Below are positions 51,579-62,382 of a stretch of 64,000 bases of DNA, in pieces. Position numbers and translations under genes: made by a program. A model generated the notes under the pieces. That model had not been told where the DNA came from. It did not search any database and saw only the letters and a program-made list of their open reading frames with translations. Position 1 is the first letter of the stretch. Each line of letters begins with the position of its first letter. The stretch is from Blastocatellia bacterium (lineage in GTDB: Bacteria > Acidobacteriota > Blastocatellia > UBA7656): NCBI GenBank assembly GCA_963765495.1, contig CAVXWP010000001.1, positions 640,001-704,000 on the forward strand, given 5' to 3'.

Positions 51579-54362
51579 ATGCAAATGCATATCAACACGG
51601 AAAAGATACTGGTGCATGCAAATGAAGAGTTGGCAGTGGTCGGCCCGGAGACCGGCTATGAAGAGCAGATAGAGCGTTTCAGAAGGTTTTTGAAAGTAGA
51701 GACCGAGCGATTGAAAATCCGCCACCGGTTTGGACTGGGCGGCGGCGAGATCACCAGTGGCAGAAGCTATCTGACCGATCTGATCATATGCCGCGCCTGT
51801 CAACTTGCGGTGTCGGAACTTGGGCCTTCCGACCCGGATTTGAACAATTGCGCGCTCATCGCGCTTGGCGGCTACGGTCGCCAGGACCTGGCTCCGTTTT
51901 CAGACGTAGACCTGTTGTTTCTTTATCCGGGCAAGCAATCGAGGATCGTGAAAGAGTTTGCCGAACGAATTTTGTACATGCTCTGGGATATAGGCTTTAA
52001 CGTGGGCCACAGTTTCCGCTCCATGAACGAGTGTGTGACAATGGCAAAGACCGATCTCCACTCGCGCAATGCGATGTCGGAAGCCCGTCTTGTCACAGGC
52101 AACGCCCATCTGTTTCGCCAGTTTACCAAGAGGTTAGACGAAGCAGTCTTTAGAAATAAGAAAGAGACCGAAGCCTTCTTTGAAGTGATGAAGAGCGAAA
52201 TCGAAGCCCGTTACGCCAAGTTTGGCGGGGCCGTTTGCCTCCAGGAGCCGAACGTCAAAGAGAGCGCCGGGGGGTTGCGGGATTTGCATACGGTGTTGTG
52301 GATAGGTCATGCGAGATACGGCAGCCGGGGGCTTGATGATCTTCGCGCCAAAGATCGTCTGTCGGGCGCGGAATATGCTTCGGCTCGCCGCGCTTATGAT
52401 TTCATAGCGCGCGCGCGCAACGAAGCGCATTTCGCTACGGGACGCAAGACGGATTTGCTGACGCTCGATTTGCAACCGAAACTTGCCGCAAGCTTTGGTT
52501 ATGAACCGAAACGCGGCATGCTTGCCTCGGAACTCTTCATGCGCGATTACTATCAACGCGCAAACGAGCTACACCGATTCGCGGAAAGTTTTGTAACGCG
52601 CGCCGTCGAGATGCGAGATGAGAAACGCGGTTTCGGCTCGCGGGTGAAGCGCATACGTGCGAGCTTCGAGTTCAGGCAGGGAAAAGTTTATCTGAGCATA
52701 AGAAAAGTCCACCGGAGCGAAGACCCTGATTCAGCCAGCTTCGAACTGAGGCAGGGCAGGCTCCACTTGAAGGAAGAGCCTGACGACTTTCGCAGCAACC
52801 CCTTGCGGCTGATGGAAATATTTTCGGTCGCACAGAGCGAGCGCGCCGACCTGAGCGATGAATTGAAGATGACCGTGCGCGATAACCTCTCTCTTATTGA
52901 TCGCGGTTTTCGCGCTTCGACAAACGCGGGGCTCGCGTTTGTCGAAATATTGGAGCAGAAGGGTCACGTCACTTCCGCTCTTCGCCTTATGCACGAAACC
53001 GGAGTATTGGGCCGATTGCTGCCTGAATTTGCGCGAATAACTTTTCTTGTTCAACACGATTTCTATCACAAATACACGATTGACGAGCACACGCTCAAGG
53101 CCGTGGAAGCCCTGGACCACCTTGCGACGGAGAAGAATTCCAAACTCGCGCGGTTCGCAAGAGTCTTTGATGAGGTCGAAAATGCAGCGCCGCTCTATCT
53201 CGGTCTTCTGTTTCACGACATAGGCAAAGGGCACGGCACGGGGCACGTGGCGCGCGGCGTACGCATAGCCGAACGCGCCTGCCGACGGCTCTCGCTCGAT
53301 CAGTTGAGCTGTGAACAGGTGGTTTTTTTGGTCAGGCAGCATTTGTTGATGTCGCATATTTCGCAACGGCGAGACCTGAGCGAAGAGAAACTTGTCGAAA
53401 CATTCTCTTCAACCGTGGGCTCTGTCGGAAATTTGAACATGCTTTTGCTTTTGACCTATGCCGATATTAACGGCGTAGGTCCGGGAGTGTGGAGCGATTG
53501 GAAGGGCGAACTGCTCTGGGAACTCTACACGCGGGCGCGGGCGCACATGACCGGAGGCAGGCGAGCGCGCTGGGATCGTGACCGCGCCGCCTCTTTGAAA
53601 CAGCAGGTTATGCGAGAGATGCTTCCCAGCGTTTTGCCGAGCGAAGTCGAGCGCCATTTCGCCATGTTGCCCGAACGCTACTTGCGAGCCAACCGGGCCG
53701 CTCACATTGCGCGGCACCTGAGACTGATCAAGCGAATGGGGGCCGAGCCTCTGATCGCCGATTGGCGAACCACTCCTGACGGGCATTGCACGGAACTCAC
53801 GATCTGCGGGCACGACAGCACGGGTCTATTTGCGGCCATCGCGGGGACGTTGACGGCTCACGGTATAAACATTTTGAGCGCGGACCTGAACACGCGCGAG
53901 GATGGTCTGGTCATAGACACGTTCAAAGTGTGTGAAGTCATATCTCACGAGCCGGTGGCCGAAGAGCGACTGGCCAGGGTTCAGGAAAATCTGAGAGCGG
54001 CTGTAGAAGGAAAATACGAGGTGGCGGCGGCGATTGAAAAATGGCGGAGCACGGCTCCTCGTCGTTCGAAGCGTCGCAGGCCGGTGTCCCCTGCGGTGCA
54101 TTTCGATTCAGACGTTTCAAGCGCCGCCACCGTTATCGAAGTCCGGGCCGAAGACGAGCCGGGACTGGCTTACAAGATAGCCAGTTGTCTGACCGGGCTC
54201 GGACTCAATATTACGTTTGCAAAGATCGCCACTGAAAAGAGCCACGCGCTGGATGTCTTTTACGTGACCGACACAAAGGGCAAGAAACTCGCTCCGACCG
54301 AAATGCTTGATGTCGAATCTGCGCTGGTGGAAGCTCTCGGCGGGAGCGCAAAGTCCAAATAA
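51579..54362 (+). CDS. glnD: [protein-PII] uridylyltransferase
   Basis: ALGGYGR..L.P.SDVDLL, EPNVKESAGGLRD, HKYTIDEH, LFHDIGKG (HD domain), two C-terminal ACT domains. Confidence 0.95.
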   Translation: MQMHINTEKILVHANEELAVVGPETGYEEQIERFRRFLKVETERLKIRHRFGLGGGEITSGRSYLTDLIICRACQLAVSELGPSDPDLNNCALIALGGYGRQDLAPFSDVDLLFLYPGKQSRIVKEFAERILYMLWDIGFNVGHSFRSMNECVTMAKTDLHSRNAMSEARLVTGNAHLFRQFTKRLDEAVFRNKKETEAFFEVMKSEIEARYAKFGGAVCLQEPNVKESAGGLRDLHTVLWIGHARYGSRGLDDLRAKDRLSGAEYASARRAYDFIARARNEAHFATGRKTDLLTLDLQPKLAASFGYEPKRGMLASELFMRDYYQRANELHRFAESFVTRAVEMRDEKRGFGSRVKRIRASFEFRQGKVYLSIRKVHRSEDPDSASFELRQGRLHLKEEPDDFRSNPLRLMEIFSVAQSERADLSDELKMTVRDNLSLIDRGFRASTNAGLAFVEILEQKGHVTSALRLMHETGVLGRLLPEFARITFLVQHDFYHKYTIDEHTLKAVEALDHLATEKNSKLARFARVFDEVENAAPLYLGLLFHDIGKGHGTGHVARGVRIAERACRRLSLDQLSCEQVVFLVRQHLLMSHISQRRDLSEEKLVETFSSTVGSVGNLNMLLLLTYADINGVGPGVWSDWKGELLWELYTRARAHMTGGRRARWDRDRAASLKQQVMREMLPSVLPSEVERHFAMLPERYLRANRAAHIARHLRLIKRMGAEPLIADWRTTPDGHCTELTICGHDSTGLFAAIAGTLTAHGINILSADLNTREDGLVIDTFKVCEVISHEPVAEERLARVQENLRAAVEGKYEVAAAIEKWRSTAPRRSKRRRPVSPAVHFDSDVSSAATVIEVRAEDEPGLAYKIASCLTGLGLNITFAKIATEKSHALDVFYVTDTKGKKLAPTEMLDVESALVEALGGSAKSK

Positions 54363-54716
<354 letters not shown>

Positions 54717-54764
54717 ATCTGGCCCGAATTCGAAAAACCTATTGAAAAGGAGGAATATTCGCAG

Positions 54765-56426
54765 ATGAGTAAAAAGAGGCTTCTCATTTCGAGCTTCGCG
54801 CTTGGCGCGCTACTGATGTTTGCCATCGCTTTGTTTGCTCCTGTCACATCCGCGCAGGAAGCAGCACCAGCACCCGCCGCCGAAACGGCTCCCCCCGCAG
54901 CCGACCCCTCAGGCGGCACGACGGGAACCGCAAGCGATGTGCCTGTCGCCGACCCCGCAAACCCTACGCTTCCCGAAGTGATGGAATCGGTCGGGCACAA
55001 CCGCGTGGCGATCAACTTCGTCTGGATGTTGATTGCAGGGTTTCTGGTCATGTTCATGCAGGCCGGGTTTGCGATGGTAGAAACCGGATTCACCAGAGCT
55101 AAGAATGCCGCTCACACGATGGCCATGAATTTCATGGTCTATGCCATAGGCTTGCTCGGATACTGGATTTGCGGCTTTGCGCTTCAGATGGGCGGCGTCG
55201 GGGCGGTTGGCGCGCTTGGCGGAACACCGCCTCTCAGCCACGAATTCACCATAGACCTTTTCGGCAAGACGTTCGGGCTGTTTGGGACGAGCGGATTTTT
55301 CCTGAGTTTCGGCGCTTATGATGTGGGAGTCTTTGCGCTGTTTCTCTTTCAAATGGTCTTTATGGACACGACGGCGACCATACCGACAGGCTCGATGGCC
55401 GAGCGATGGAAATTCTCCGCGTTTGTCATCTACGGGTTCTTCATGTCTATGCTTGTCTATCCGTTGTTTGCCAACTGGGTGTGGGGCGGCGGCTTCCTCT
55501 CTACGCTTGGAACAAACTTTGGCCTGGGCCACGGACACGTAGATTTCGCGGGCTCGTCAGTCGTTCACATGGTAGGAGGTGTGGCCGCGCTCGCGGGCGC
55601 GATTGTAATCGGCCCGCGCATAGGGAAGTTTGGCAAAGACGGCAAGCCCATAGGCATTCCCGGCCATCACATTCCGATGGCAATGGTTGGGACCTTCATC
55701 CTCGCATTCGGGTGGTTCGGATTCAACGCGGGCTCGACGCTCGCGGGCACGGACCTTCGCATCGCGGTCATCGCAACAAACACGATGCTCGCATCGGCTG
55801 CGGGCGCGTTCTCGGCGATGCTCTACATGTGGCTGCGATACGGCAAACCGGACCCCAGCATGCTTGCCAACGGAATGCTCGCGGGTCTTGTGGCGATCAC
55901 CGCGCCCTGCGCCTTTGTAAACAGCGTATCGGCTGTCATCATAGGCGCGATAGCGGGCGTGCTTGTCGTGCTGTCGGTCTTCTTTATCGAGCAGAGGCTG
56001 AAGATTGACGACCCCGTAGGCGCGATCTCTGTGCACGGCGTATGCGGCGCGTTTGGCGTAATCTCGGTCGGATTGTTTGCCGACGGCGTGTACGGCGATG
56101 GTCTGAACGGCGTGCCGGGCGGGGTGCGCGGGCTCTTTTACGGCGACGGGTCGCAATTGCTTGCCGAACTCATTGGCGTAGCCACGTGCTTTATCTTCGT
56201 CTTCTCAGCCTTCTATGCCTTCTTCAAACTGCAAGACGCTCTGATGGGTATTCGCGTTCCGGCAGCGGACGAAATAGGCGGGCTCGACCTGCCTGAAATG
56301 GGCGCGCTGGCTTATCCGAGTTTCACAATTTCGCCTGAGATTATCGAGGGCGTGGATGCAGGCACGCTGCTTGACGCTCCTGTGCATAATCAAGCGCCTT
56401 TGAAGGCTTCGCCTGCTGAAAGTTGA
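54765..56426 (+). CDS. amtB: Ammonium transporter
   Basis: FMQAGFAMVETG, DFAGSSVVH, FGWFGFNAGS, IDDPVGAISVHG (twin His); N-terminal signal peptide. Confidence 0.96.
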   Translation: MSKKRLLISSFALGALLMFAIALFAPVTSAQEAAPAPAAETAPPAADPSGGTTGTASDVPVADPANPTLPEVMESVGHNRVAINFVWMLIAGFLVMFMQAGFAMVETGFTRAKNAAHTMAMNFMVYAIGLLGYWICGFALQMGGVGAVGALGGTPPLSHEFTIDLFGKTFGLFGTSGFFLSFGAYDVGVFALFLFQMVFMDTTATIPTGSMAERWKFSAFVIYGFFMSMLVYPLFANWVWGGGFLSTLGTNFGLGHGHVDFAGSSVVHMVGGVAALAGAIVIGPRIGKFGKDGKPIGIPGHHIPMAMVGTFILAFGWFGFNAGSTLAGTDLRIAVIATNTMLASAAGAFSAMLYMWLRYGKPDPSMLANGMLAGLVAITAPCAFVNSVSAVIIGAIAGVLVVLSVFFIEQRLKIDDPVGAISVHGVCGAFGVISVGLFADGVYGDGLNGVPGGVRGLFYGDGSQLLAELIGVATCFIFVFSAFYAFFKLQDALMGIRVPAADEIGGLDLPEMGALAYPSFTISPEIIEGVDAGTLLDAPVHNQAPLKASPAES

Positions 56427-56760
56427 AACCGCGATGAGGAGTAGTGAGATGTAAAATGAGAAGCCTGGCGGATGATGCGGGAAGCCTTTTGAGCGAATGA
56501 TTGGAGACCATCTCTCAAAAGGCCCTCCCGCACGCCGCGCTCAGATGACCTGGAGGCTACCTGTGCAGCGGTCAAGAGAATATTAAGTAACTGCCTCTCT
56601 ATTCGCAAGTAAGGCAAAGAGGTAGAGGCGCGACGCGCTGCCAGGTTGTAAAGCGATAACGCGGTCTGCGGCCCGATTTCTAAATCGGTCGCAGCGCCCT
56701 CTCGCGCAGGCGGCAAGAGTCTCGAAAGCTCTCCCCCGGCCTGCGAATACGGAGGTGAAA

Positions 56761-58161
56761 ATGGTATCCGCTTACAATCGAGCATTGCGCACTCTTTGCA
56801 GCGCAGGACTTAGTTGCTGCTTAACGATAATGATGATAGGGGTGATGACAGGCCCGGCCATGGCTCAACAGGCAAGCGCGGACAGCCGAATGATCAAACC
56901 GGCTGGGAATACGGTTGCGCCCGCGTCCGCCGTCAAACCTCTGGATACAAACGCGAGCCTTCAAGAAATGCTCGTGACCATCAAGCGATTGGAAGATCGG
57001 GTCAAGGAACTGGAATCGAAACTCAATAAGTCTGACTCGGAAACCTCGGAGAGCGTCAAAGCCGTGAAGACCGTGCAGGAAGATGTATCGAAGATTCAGG
57101 AAGAGAGAAAGGCGGAGGCCGAGAAGAATTCGGGGTTCCTGTCCTTCTTTCAAAACACGGAGATCTCGGGTTTTGTGGACGCTTACTATACCTATAACTT
57201 CAACCGTCCGACAGGCGACACCCAGCTGCGAAACTTCGACACGAAACACAATCAGTTCAGCTTTCAGATGGCCGAGCTTGCGCTCAGCAAAGCGCCGACC
57301 CCCGACAGCCGTCTGGGCTTTCGCATGGACCTTGATTTCGGCCCGACCACTGAAATAGTTCACTCTTCGGAGCCGGGCGGCCCGGAGGTCTTCAAGAACA
57401 TACAACAGGCTTATATAAGCTATCTCGCGCCAGCGGGCAACGGGCTGCAAATTGATGTAGGCAAGTTTGTCACTCACGAAGGGGCCGAGGTCATCGAAAC
57501 AAAAGACAACTGGAATTACTCGAGGTCTTTGCTCTTTGCGCTGGCCATTCCCTATTACCACTTCGGAGTGAGAGCCACCTATCCCGTAAACGACAAACTT
57601 ACGCTGACCGGTCTTGTCGTAAACGGCTGGAACGATGTGGTTGATAACAACTCGCGCAAATCCTATGGCGCGAGCGTCACCGTAAAACCCAATTCAAAGC
57701 TCACGATAATTCAAAACTACATCGGCGGGCCGGAACAGTTTGGCAACAACGACGACTGGCGGCACGTGTTTGATACGATAGTGACATACACGGTCAACCC
57801 GACGGTCAGCCTGATGGCCAATTACGATTACGGCTATGACCGATTCGCGGGCGCGCGCGTTCACTGGCAGGGCGTAGCCGGGTATGCGCGCTTTCAGGTA
57901 AACGACTGGCTGGCATTTGCGCCGCGCTTTGAGTGGTATGACGACCACGACGGATTCACGACGGGCGAGAGCCAGGCGCTTAAAGATATAACGATCACGA
58001 GCGAGCACAAAATCAGCAAGGGCTTGCTCACACGCATGGAGTATCGCCGGGATTTTTCAGACAAGGAGTTCTTCATCAAGCCAGTTGACAGGTTTGTAAA
58101 GGCGCAAAGCACGTTCTCTTTCGGACTTGTTTATGCCTTCAGCTCGAAAGGCGATCAATGA
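56761..58161 (+). CDS. Putative outer-membrane beta-barrel porin (BBP2/OmpL-like) with N-terminal coiled coil
   Basis: SD GGAGG; signal peptide; coiled coil; ISGFVDAYYTYNFNRP, DVGKF.T..GAEVIE...NWNYSRS.LF, VNGW, alternating terminal strand GLVYAF. Confidence 0.8.
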   Translation: MVSAYNRALRTLCSAGLSCCLTIMMIGVMTGPAMAQQASADSRMIKPAGNTVAPASAVKPLDTNASLQEMLVTIKRLEDRVKELESKLNKSDSETSESVKAVKTVQEDVSKIQEERKAEAEKNSGFLSFFQNTEISGFVDAYYTYNFNRPTGDTQLRNFDTKHNQFSFQMAELALSKAPTPDSRLGFRMDLDFGPTTEIVHSSEPGGPEVFKNIQQAYISYLAPAGNGLQIDVGKFVTHEGAEVIETKDNWNYSRSLLFALAIPYYHFGVRATYPVNDKLTLTGLVVNGWNDVVDNNSRKSYGASVTVKPNSKLTIIQNYIGGPEQFGNNDDWRHVFDTIVTYTVNPTVSLMANYDYGYDRFAGARVHWQGVAGYARFQVNDWLAFAPRFEWYDDHDGFTTGESQALKDITITSEHKISKGLLTRMEYRRDFSDKEFFIKPVDRFVKAQSTFSFGLVYAFSSKGDQ

Positions 58162-58294
58162 TGAAGAAGCGGCAAGGCAGGTCCATAAATCCGAGTCTTT
58201 TGGGTTCCGGCAAAGAAGCGTTTTGAAGAGTTTGAAGCAAGGCTGCCGATCCAAACAGTCGGCAGTTGGAAAAATGAAAACGTAGGAGGAAAGA

Positions 58295-59704
58295 ATGAAT
58301 CCAGAAAATGTCTTGAAATTCGCTGCCGACCAGAAGGCAGAGTTTGTGGACCTTCGCTTCACCGACCTTGTAGGGGCCTGGCATCACCTGACGTTCCCAA
58401 TCGAAGAGTTGACCGAGAGTTCCTTTGAGGACGGTTTCGGATTTGACGCATCGAGCCTGCGCGGATGGGCCGCGATAAACGAGAGCGATATGCTCATGAT
58501 CCCGGACCCCACCCGTTACTGGATAGACCCGTTCATGAAGCAAAACACGCTCTGTTTGATCACAGAGATAGTAGACCCGCTGACCAAAGAAGGCTACTGG
58601 CTCGCGCCTCGTGCGCTTGCCCGTCGCGCCGAAGAGTATGTGAAATTCACGGGTCTTGCCGATACGGTTTACTTCGGCCCGGAAGCGGAGTTTTTCATCT
58701 TCGACCGCGTCGCCTTCCACAACGAGAACAACTCGTGCGGTGCGCTTGTCGATAGTGATGAAGGCGCGTGGAACTCGGGCGCGGATAATGAAAACAGTGG
58801 CTATCACATCCGGCACAAAGAGGGCTACGTGCCGCTTCCCCCGCTCGACGCTCTTCAGGATATAAGGTCAGAGATCGCTACAGTCCTGAAGCAGATGGGG
58901 CTTTCCGTAGAATGCCATCACCACGAAGTTGCGACCGGCGGACAATGCGAGATCGATTTCCGCTTCTCGTCCCTGATCGGCACGGCCGACAATTTGATGA
59001 TCTTCAAATACACGGTCAAAAACGTAGCGCGCCGCCACGGCAAATCGGCCACCTTCATGCCAAAGCCGCTTTACGGCGACAACGGCAACGGCATGCACTG
59101 CCACCAGAGTCTGTGGAAAGACGAAAAGCCGCTCTTTTACGGAGACGGTTACGCCGGGCTTTCAGAGATGGCGCGTCATTACATCGGCGGCATACTCAAG
59201 CACGCCGCAGCCATCGCCGCGTTCGCCGCGCCGACGACCAACAGTTACAAGCGACTCGTGCCGGGATTTGAAGCGCCCGTGAACCTGGCTTACTCTCAGC
59301 GCAACCGCTCGGCAGCCGTGCGTATCCCGACCTATTCTCAGAGCCCGAAGGCGAAGCGAATCGAGGTACGATTCCCCGACGCCTCCTGCAATCCGTACCT
59401 TGCGTTTTCAGCCATGTTGATGGCGGGACTCGACGGCATCCAAAACCGGCTGGAACCGGGTGAGCCTCTGGATAAGGACATCTATGACCTTCCGCCGGAG
59501 GAACTGGCCGAGGTTCCGAGCCTGCCCGGTTCGCTCGATCAGGCGCTGGCGGCGCTTGAAATAGATCATTCTTTCCTGCTCAAAGGAGAAGTATTCAGCG
59601 AGGCATTGATACAACGATGGATAGATTATAAGCGAGAACGCGAAATAAACCCCGTGCGCATGCGCCCGCACCCGATGGAGTTCGCGCTCTACTACGACAT
59701 CTAA
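58295..59704 (+). CDS. glnA: Glutamine synthetase type I (adenylylatable)
   Basis: [63 protein letters not shown] (Tyr397 equivalent). Confidence 0.97.
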   Translation: MNPENVLKFAADQKAEFVDLRFTDLVGAWHHLTFPIEELTESSFEDGFGFDASSLRGWAAINESDMLMIPDPTRYWIDPFMKQNTLCLITEIVDPLTKEGYWLAPRALARRAEEYVKFTGLADTVYFGPEAEFFIFDRVAFHNENNSCGALVDSDEGAWNSGADNENSGYHIRHKEGYVPLPPLDALQDIRSEIATVLKQMGLSVECHHHEVATGGQCEIDFRFSSLIGTADNLMIFKYTVKNVARRHGKSATFMPKPLYGDNGNGMHCHQSLWKDEKPLFYGDGYAGLSEMARHYIGGILKHAAAIAAFAAPTTNSYKRLVPGFEAPVNLAYSQRNRSAAVRIPTYSQSPKAKRIEVRFPDASCNPYLAFSAMLMAGLDGIQNRLEPGEPLDKDIYDLPPEELAEVPSLPGSLDQALAALEIDHSFLLKGEVFSEALIQRWIDYKREREINPVRMRPHPMEFALYYDI

Positions 59705-59723
59705 ACGGGGGTACATATTGAAT

Positions 59724-59810
59724 GTAGGGGCAGACTTGTCCCCGCCCGAATTGGCCGTTGGAGCGACGGCAGCTACGCACTTTTCGGGCGGCCACAAGGG
59801 TTGCCCCTAC
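59724..59810. repeat. GTAG-type REP doublet after glnA (half-copy at ~25392-25404)
   Basis: GTAGGGGCAGACTTGT-CCCGCCCG ... CGGGCGGCC-ACAAGGGTTGCCCCTAC. Confidence 0.7.
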
Positions 59811-59993
59811 CGCTACCTTTTTTCGGATTTGACCATAGAGTGTTCATTGCGTGATAGGTGATGCAGTGCATTTCTTAGACAGGATTAACAGGATTTTCAA
59901 AGATTCGACAGAATTCTCTTTTCAATCCTGTTGAATTTTTTTACGCATCAATGCTTTCCCGGCGGAGAAAACCAAAGGCTCCGGTAAATATCT

Positions 59994-60048
59994 TTATCGG
60001 CTGATAAGGATTACTTATTTGCTCGCGCATCAAGAGTCGTGTTATCCA
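59994..60048 (+). promoter_or_regulatory. LysR-type operator overlapping the -35 of the putative leuCD promoter
   Basis: TTATCGGCTGATAAGGATTACTTATTTGC (26/29 identical to the leuA site); TTGCTC-18-TATCCA with TG extension. Confidence 0.7.
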
Positions 60049-60107
60049 CTCATGGGGATTTCCAGGAGAGGTGTCTCCAAATACCAGATAACAGGAACAC
60101 TTGATTT

Positions 60108-61517
60108 ATGCCACGCACTCTATTCGAAAAAGTCTGGAGCGGTCACATAGTCTTTGAGGAGCCGGGCAAGCCCGCGCTTCTTTATATTGATTGCCATCTG
60201 GTTCACGAAGTCACGTCGCCTCAAGCCTTTGAGGGGCTGCGGCTGGCCGGACGCCGGGTGCGTCGCCCCGATCTGAATCATTCCACGGTGGATCACAACA
60301 TCCCGACCACGAATCGCACATTGCCGCTTGCCGACAGCGTGGCGCAGACACAGATTGAAACCCTTGAGCGCAACTGCCGCGAGTTTGGGATCACGCTTTA
60401 CGGGCTGGACAGTCCCAATCAGGGGATCGTCCACGTCATCGGGCCAGAGCTTGGACTTACGCAGCCGGGCATGACGGTCGTATGCGGAGATTCCCACACG
60501 GCAACTCACGGAGCCTTTGGGGCGCTTGCCTTCGGCATAGGAACAAGCGAAGTCGAGCACGTGCTTGCGACTCAATGTCTGATTCAATCCCGCCCAAAGA
60601 CTTTCAAGATAAGCGTTGAGGGAAAGCTTGCCGGTGGTGTGAGCGCAAAAGACCTTGTGCTTTACATCATACGAACCCTGGGGACGGATGGAGCGACCGG
60701 CTATGTGATCGAATACGCGGGCGCGGCGGTTCGCAATCTCACAATGGAAGAGCGCATGACGGTCTGCAATATGTCGATTGAGGCGGGTGCTCGCGCCGGT
60801 ATGATCGCGCCTGACGAAACCACCTATTCTTATCTTGAAGGACGCCCTTCGGCTCCGCAGGGCAAGGCTTTCGAAGAGGCGGTCGAGTATTGGAAGAGTC
60901 TGCCTACGGACGAAGGCGCTCAATTTGATCGTGAAATCGAGTTGGAAATATCTTCGCTGGCTCCGCAGGTAAGCTGGGGGACGAGCCCCGGCATGGTCAC
61001 GGATGTAACCGGAGCTATCCCCGACCCGGAATCTTTCTCTGATGAAAACTCTCGCAAGGCCGCGCGCCGCGCTCTCGAATATATGGACCTCAGCCCCGGC
61101 ACCGCGATTGAAGAGATCCGACTCGACCGCGTATTTATAGGCTCCTGCACAAACTCGCGCATAGAAGATTTGCGAGTGGCGGCACGGGTAATCGAAGGCA
61201 AAAAGGTAGCCTCGCCGATCCACGCTATGGTGGTTCCCGGTTCGCAACAGGTAAAGCGGCAGGCCGAGCGAGAGGGCCTGGATCAGATATTCAAACAGGC
61301 GGGTTTCGACTGGCGCGAGTCGGGTTGCAGCATGTGTCTCGGGATGAACCCGGATATTTTGAGCCCCGGCGAAAGATGCGCCTCTACATCAAATCGAAAC
61401 TTCGAAGGTCGTCAGGGGCGCGGAGGCCGCACGCATCTGGTAAGCCCGGCAATGGCGGCAGCGGCAGCCGTCGCGGGCCACTTCGTAGACATACGCGAAT
61501 GGGAAGGAGTTGAATGA
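60108..61517 (+). CDS. leuC: 3-isopropylmalate dehydratase large subunit
   Basis: [69 protein letters not shown]. Confidence 0.97.
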   Translation: MPRTLFEKVWSGHIVFEEPGKPALLYIDCHLVHEVTSPQAFEGLRLAGRRVRRPDLNHSTVDHNIPTTNRTLPLADSVAQTQIETLERNCREFGITLYGLDSPNQGIVHVIGPELGLTQPGMTVVCGDSHTATHGAFGALAFGIGTSEVEHVLATQCLIQSRPKTFKISVEGKLAGGVSAKDLVLYIIRTLGTDGATGYVIEYAGAAVRNLTMEERMTVCNMSIEAGARAGMIAPDETTYSYLEGRPSAPQGKAFEEAVEYWKSLPTDEGAQFDREIELEISSLAPQVSWGTSPGMVTDVTGAIPDPESFSDENSRKAARRALEYMDLSPGTAIEEIRLDRVFIGSCTNSRIEDLRVAARVIEGKKVASPIHAMVVPGSQQVKRQAEREGLDQIFKQAGFDWRESGCSMCLGMNPDILSPGERCASTSNRNFEGRQGRGGRTHLVSPAMAAAAAVAGHFVDIREWEGVE

Positions 61518-61602
61518 AAAGTTTTGAATTTTGAGTTTTGAGTTTTGAGTTATTTTGAATAACTCAAAACTCAAAACTCAAAATTCAAAACTCAAAACTT
61601 TT
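61517..61602. repeat. Palindrome built from GAGTTTT/AAAACTC heptamers between leuC and leuD
   Basis: AGTTTTGAATTTTGAGTTTTGAGTTTTGAGTTATT-TTG-AATAACTCAAAACTCAAAACTCAAAATTCAAAACT. Confidence 0.88.
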
Positions 61603-61603
61603 T

Positions 61604-62197
61604 ATGGAGCCTTTTATAAAACAGACGGGTCTGGTTGCGACTCTTGATCGAGTCAACGTAGACACGGACCAGATCATACCAAAGCAATTTCTGAAGCGAA
61701 TCGAGAGAACCGGGTTCGGAGAGTTTCTCTTCTTCGACTGGCGATTTGATGAAAGCGGGTCGCTCAAGCCCGATTTCGAGTTGAACCAGCCGCGATACAA
61801 AGGCGCTACTATTTTGCTTGGCCGCGCCAATTTCGGTTGCGGCTCCTCGCGCGAGCACGCGCCGTGGGCCCTGCTCGATTATGGTTTCCGCGTAATCGTC
61901 GCGCCGTCGTTTGCCGACATCTTCTACAACAATTGCTTTAAGAACGGAATGCTGCCGGTGCGACTCTCTGAGGCGGAAATAGAGGAGCTGTTTCAGCGCG
62001 CAAAAGAGAACCCCGGATACCAGTTGACTGTCGATCTCGAGCGGCAGGAAATCACCGACGAGCAGGGCAATCATTACAGCTTCGAAGTCGATTCACACCG
62101 CCGCGAGTGTCTGCTCAAAGGGCTGGATGACATCGGCCTGACCCTTCAGCACGAAGACAAGATCAAGGCCTTCGAAGCAAGCCACGCTAAGGGATGA
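61604..62197 (+). CDS. leuD: 3-isopropylmalate dehydratase small subunit
   Basis: [46 protein letters not shown]. Confidence 0.97.
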   Translation: MEPFIKQTGLVATLDRVNVDTDQIIPKQFLKRIERTGFGEFLFFDWRFDESGSLKPDFELNQPRYKGATILLGRANFGCGSSREHAPWALLDYGFRVIVAPSFADIFYNNCFKNGMLPVRLSEAEIEELFQRAKENPGYQLTVDLERQEITDEQGNHYSFEVDSHRRECLLKGLDDIGLTLQHEDKIKAFEASHAKG

Positions 62198-62382
62198 GGG
62201 ATGAGGGATGAAACGGACTCTCACGAATCACCCCGATACCTGAAGCGCATTTCGGTATGGTTGACCAAAAAGGAAGCCACGAATTATCACAAATTATTCG
62301 TGGCTAAATCTTACTGGAAGCGACTCTACTGAGCCGCTTTTTACTGAGTTGTTACATTACAGTCCTTTTCATCCCTCATCCC

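Noticed and set aside
56615-56745. Lysine riboswitch (AGGTAGAGGCGCG resembles its 5' end) or glutamine riboswitch
   Set aside because: Downstream conserved elements (AGUA loop-E, GAAAGG, GCCGAA, CUGUC; or GGAAGUA...GAAGGAACG) are not found in order.
61517-61602. CRISPR array
   Set aside because: Contiguous 7-mer repeats with no unique spacers; no cas genes in the window.
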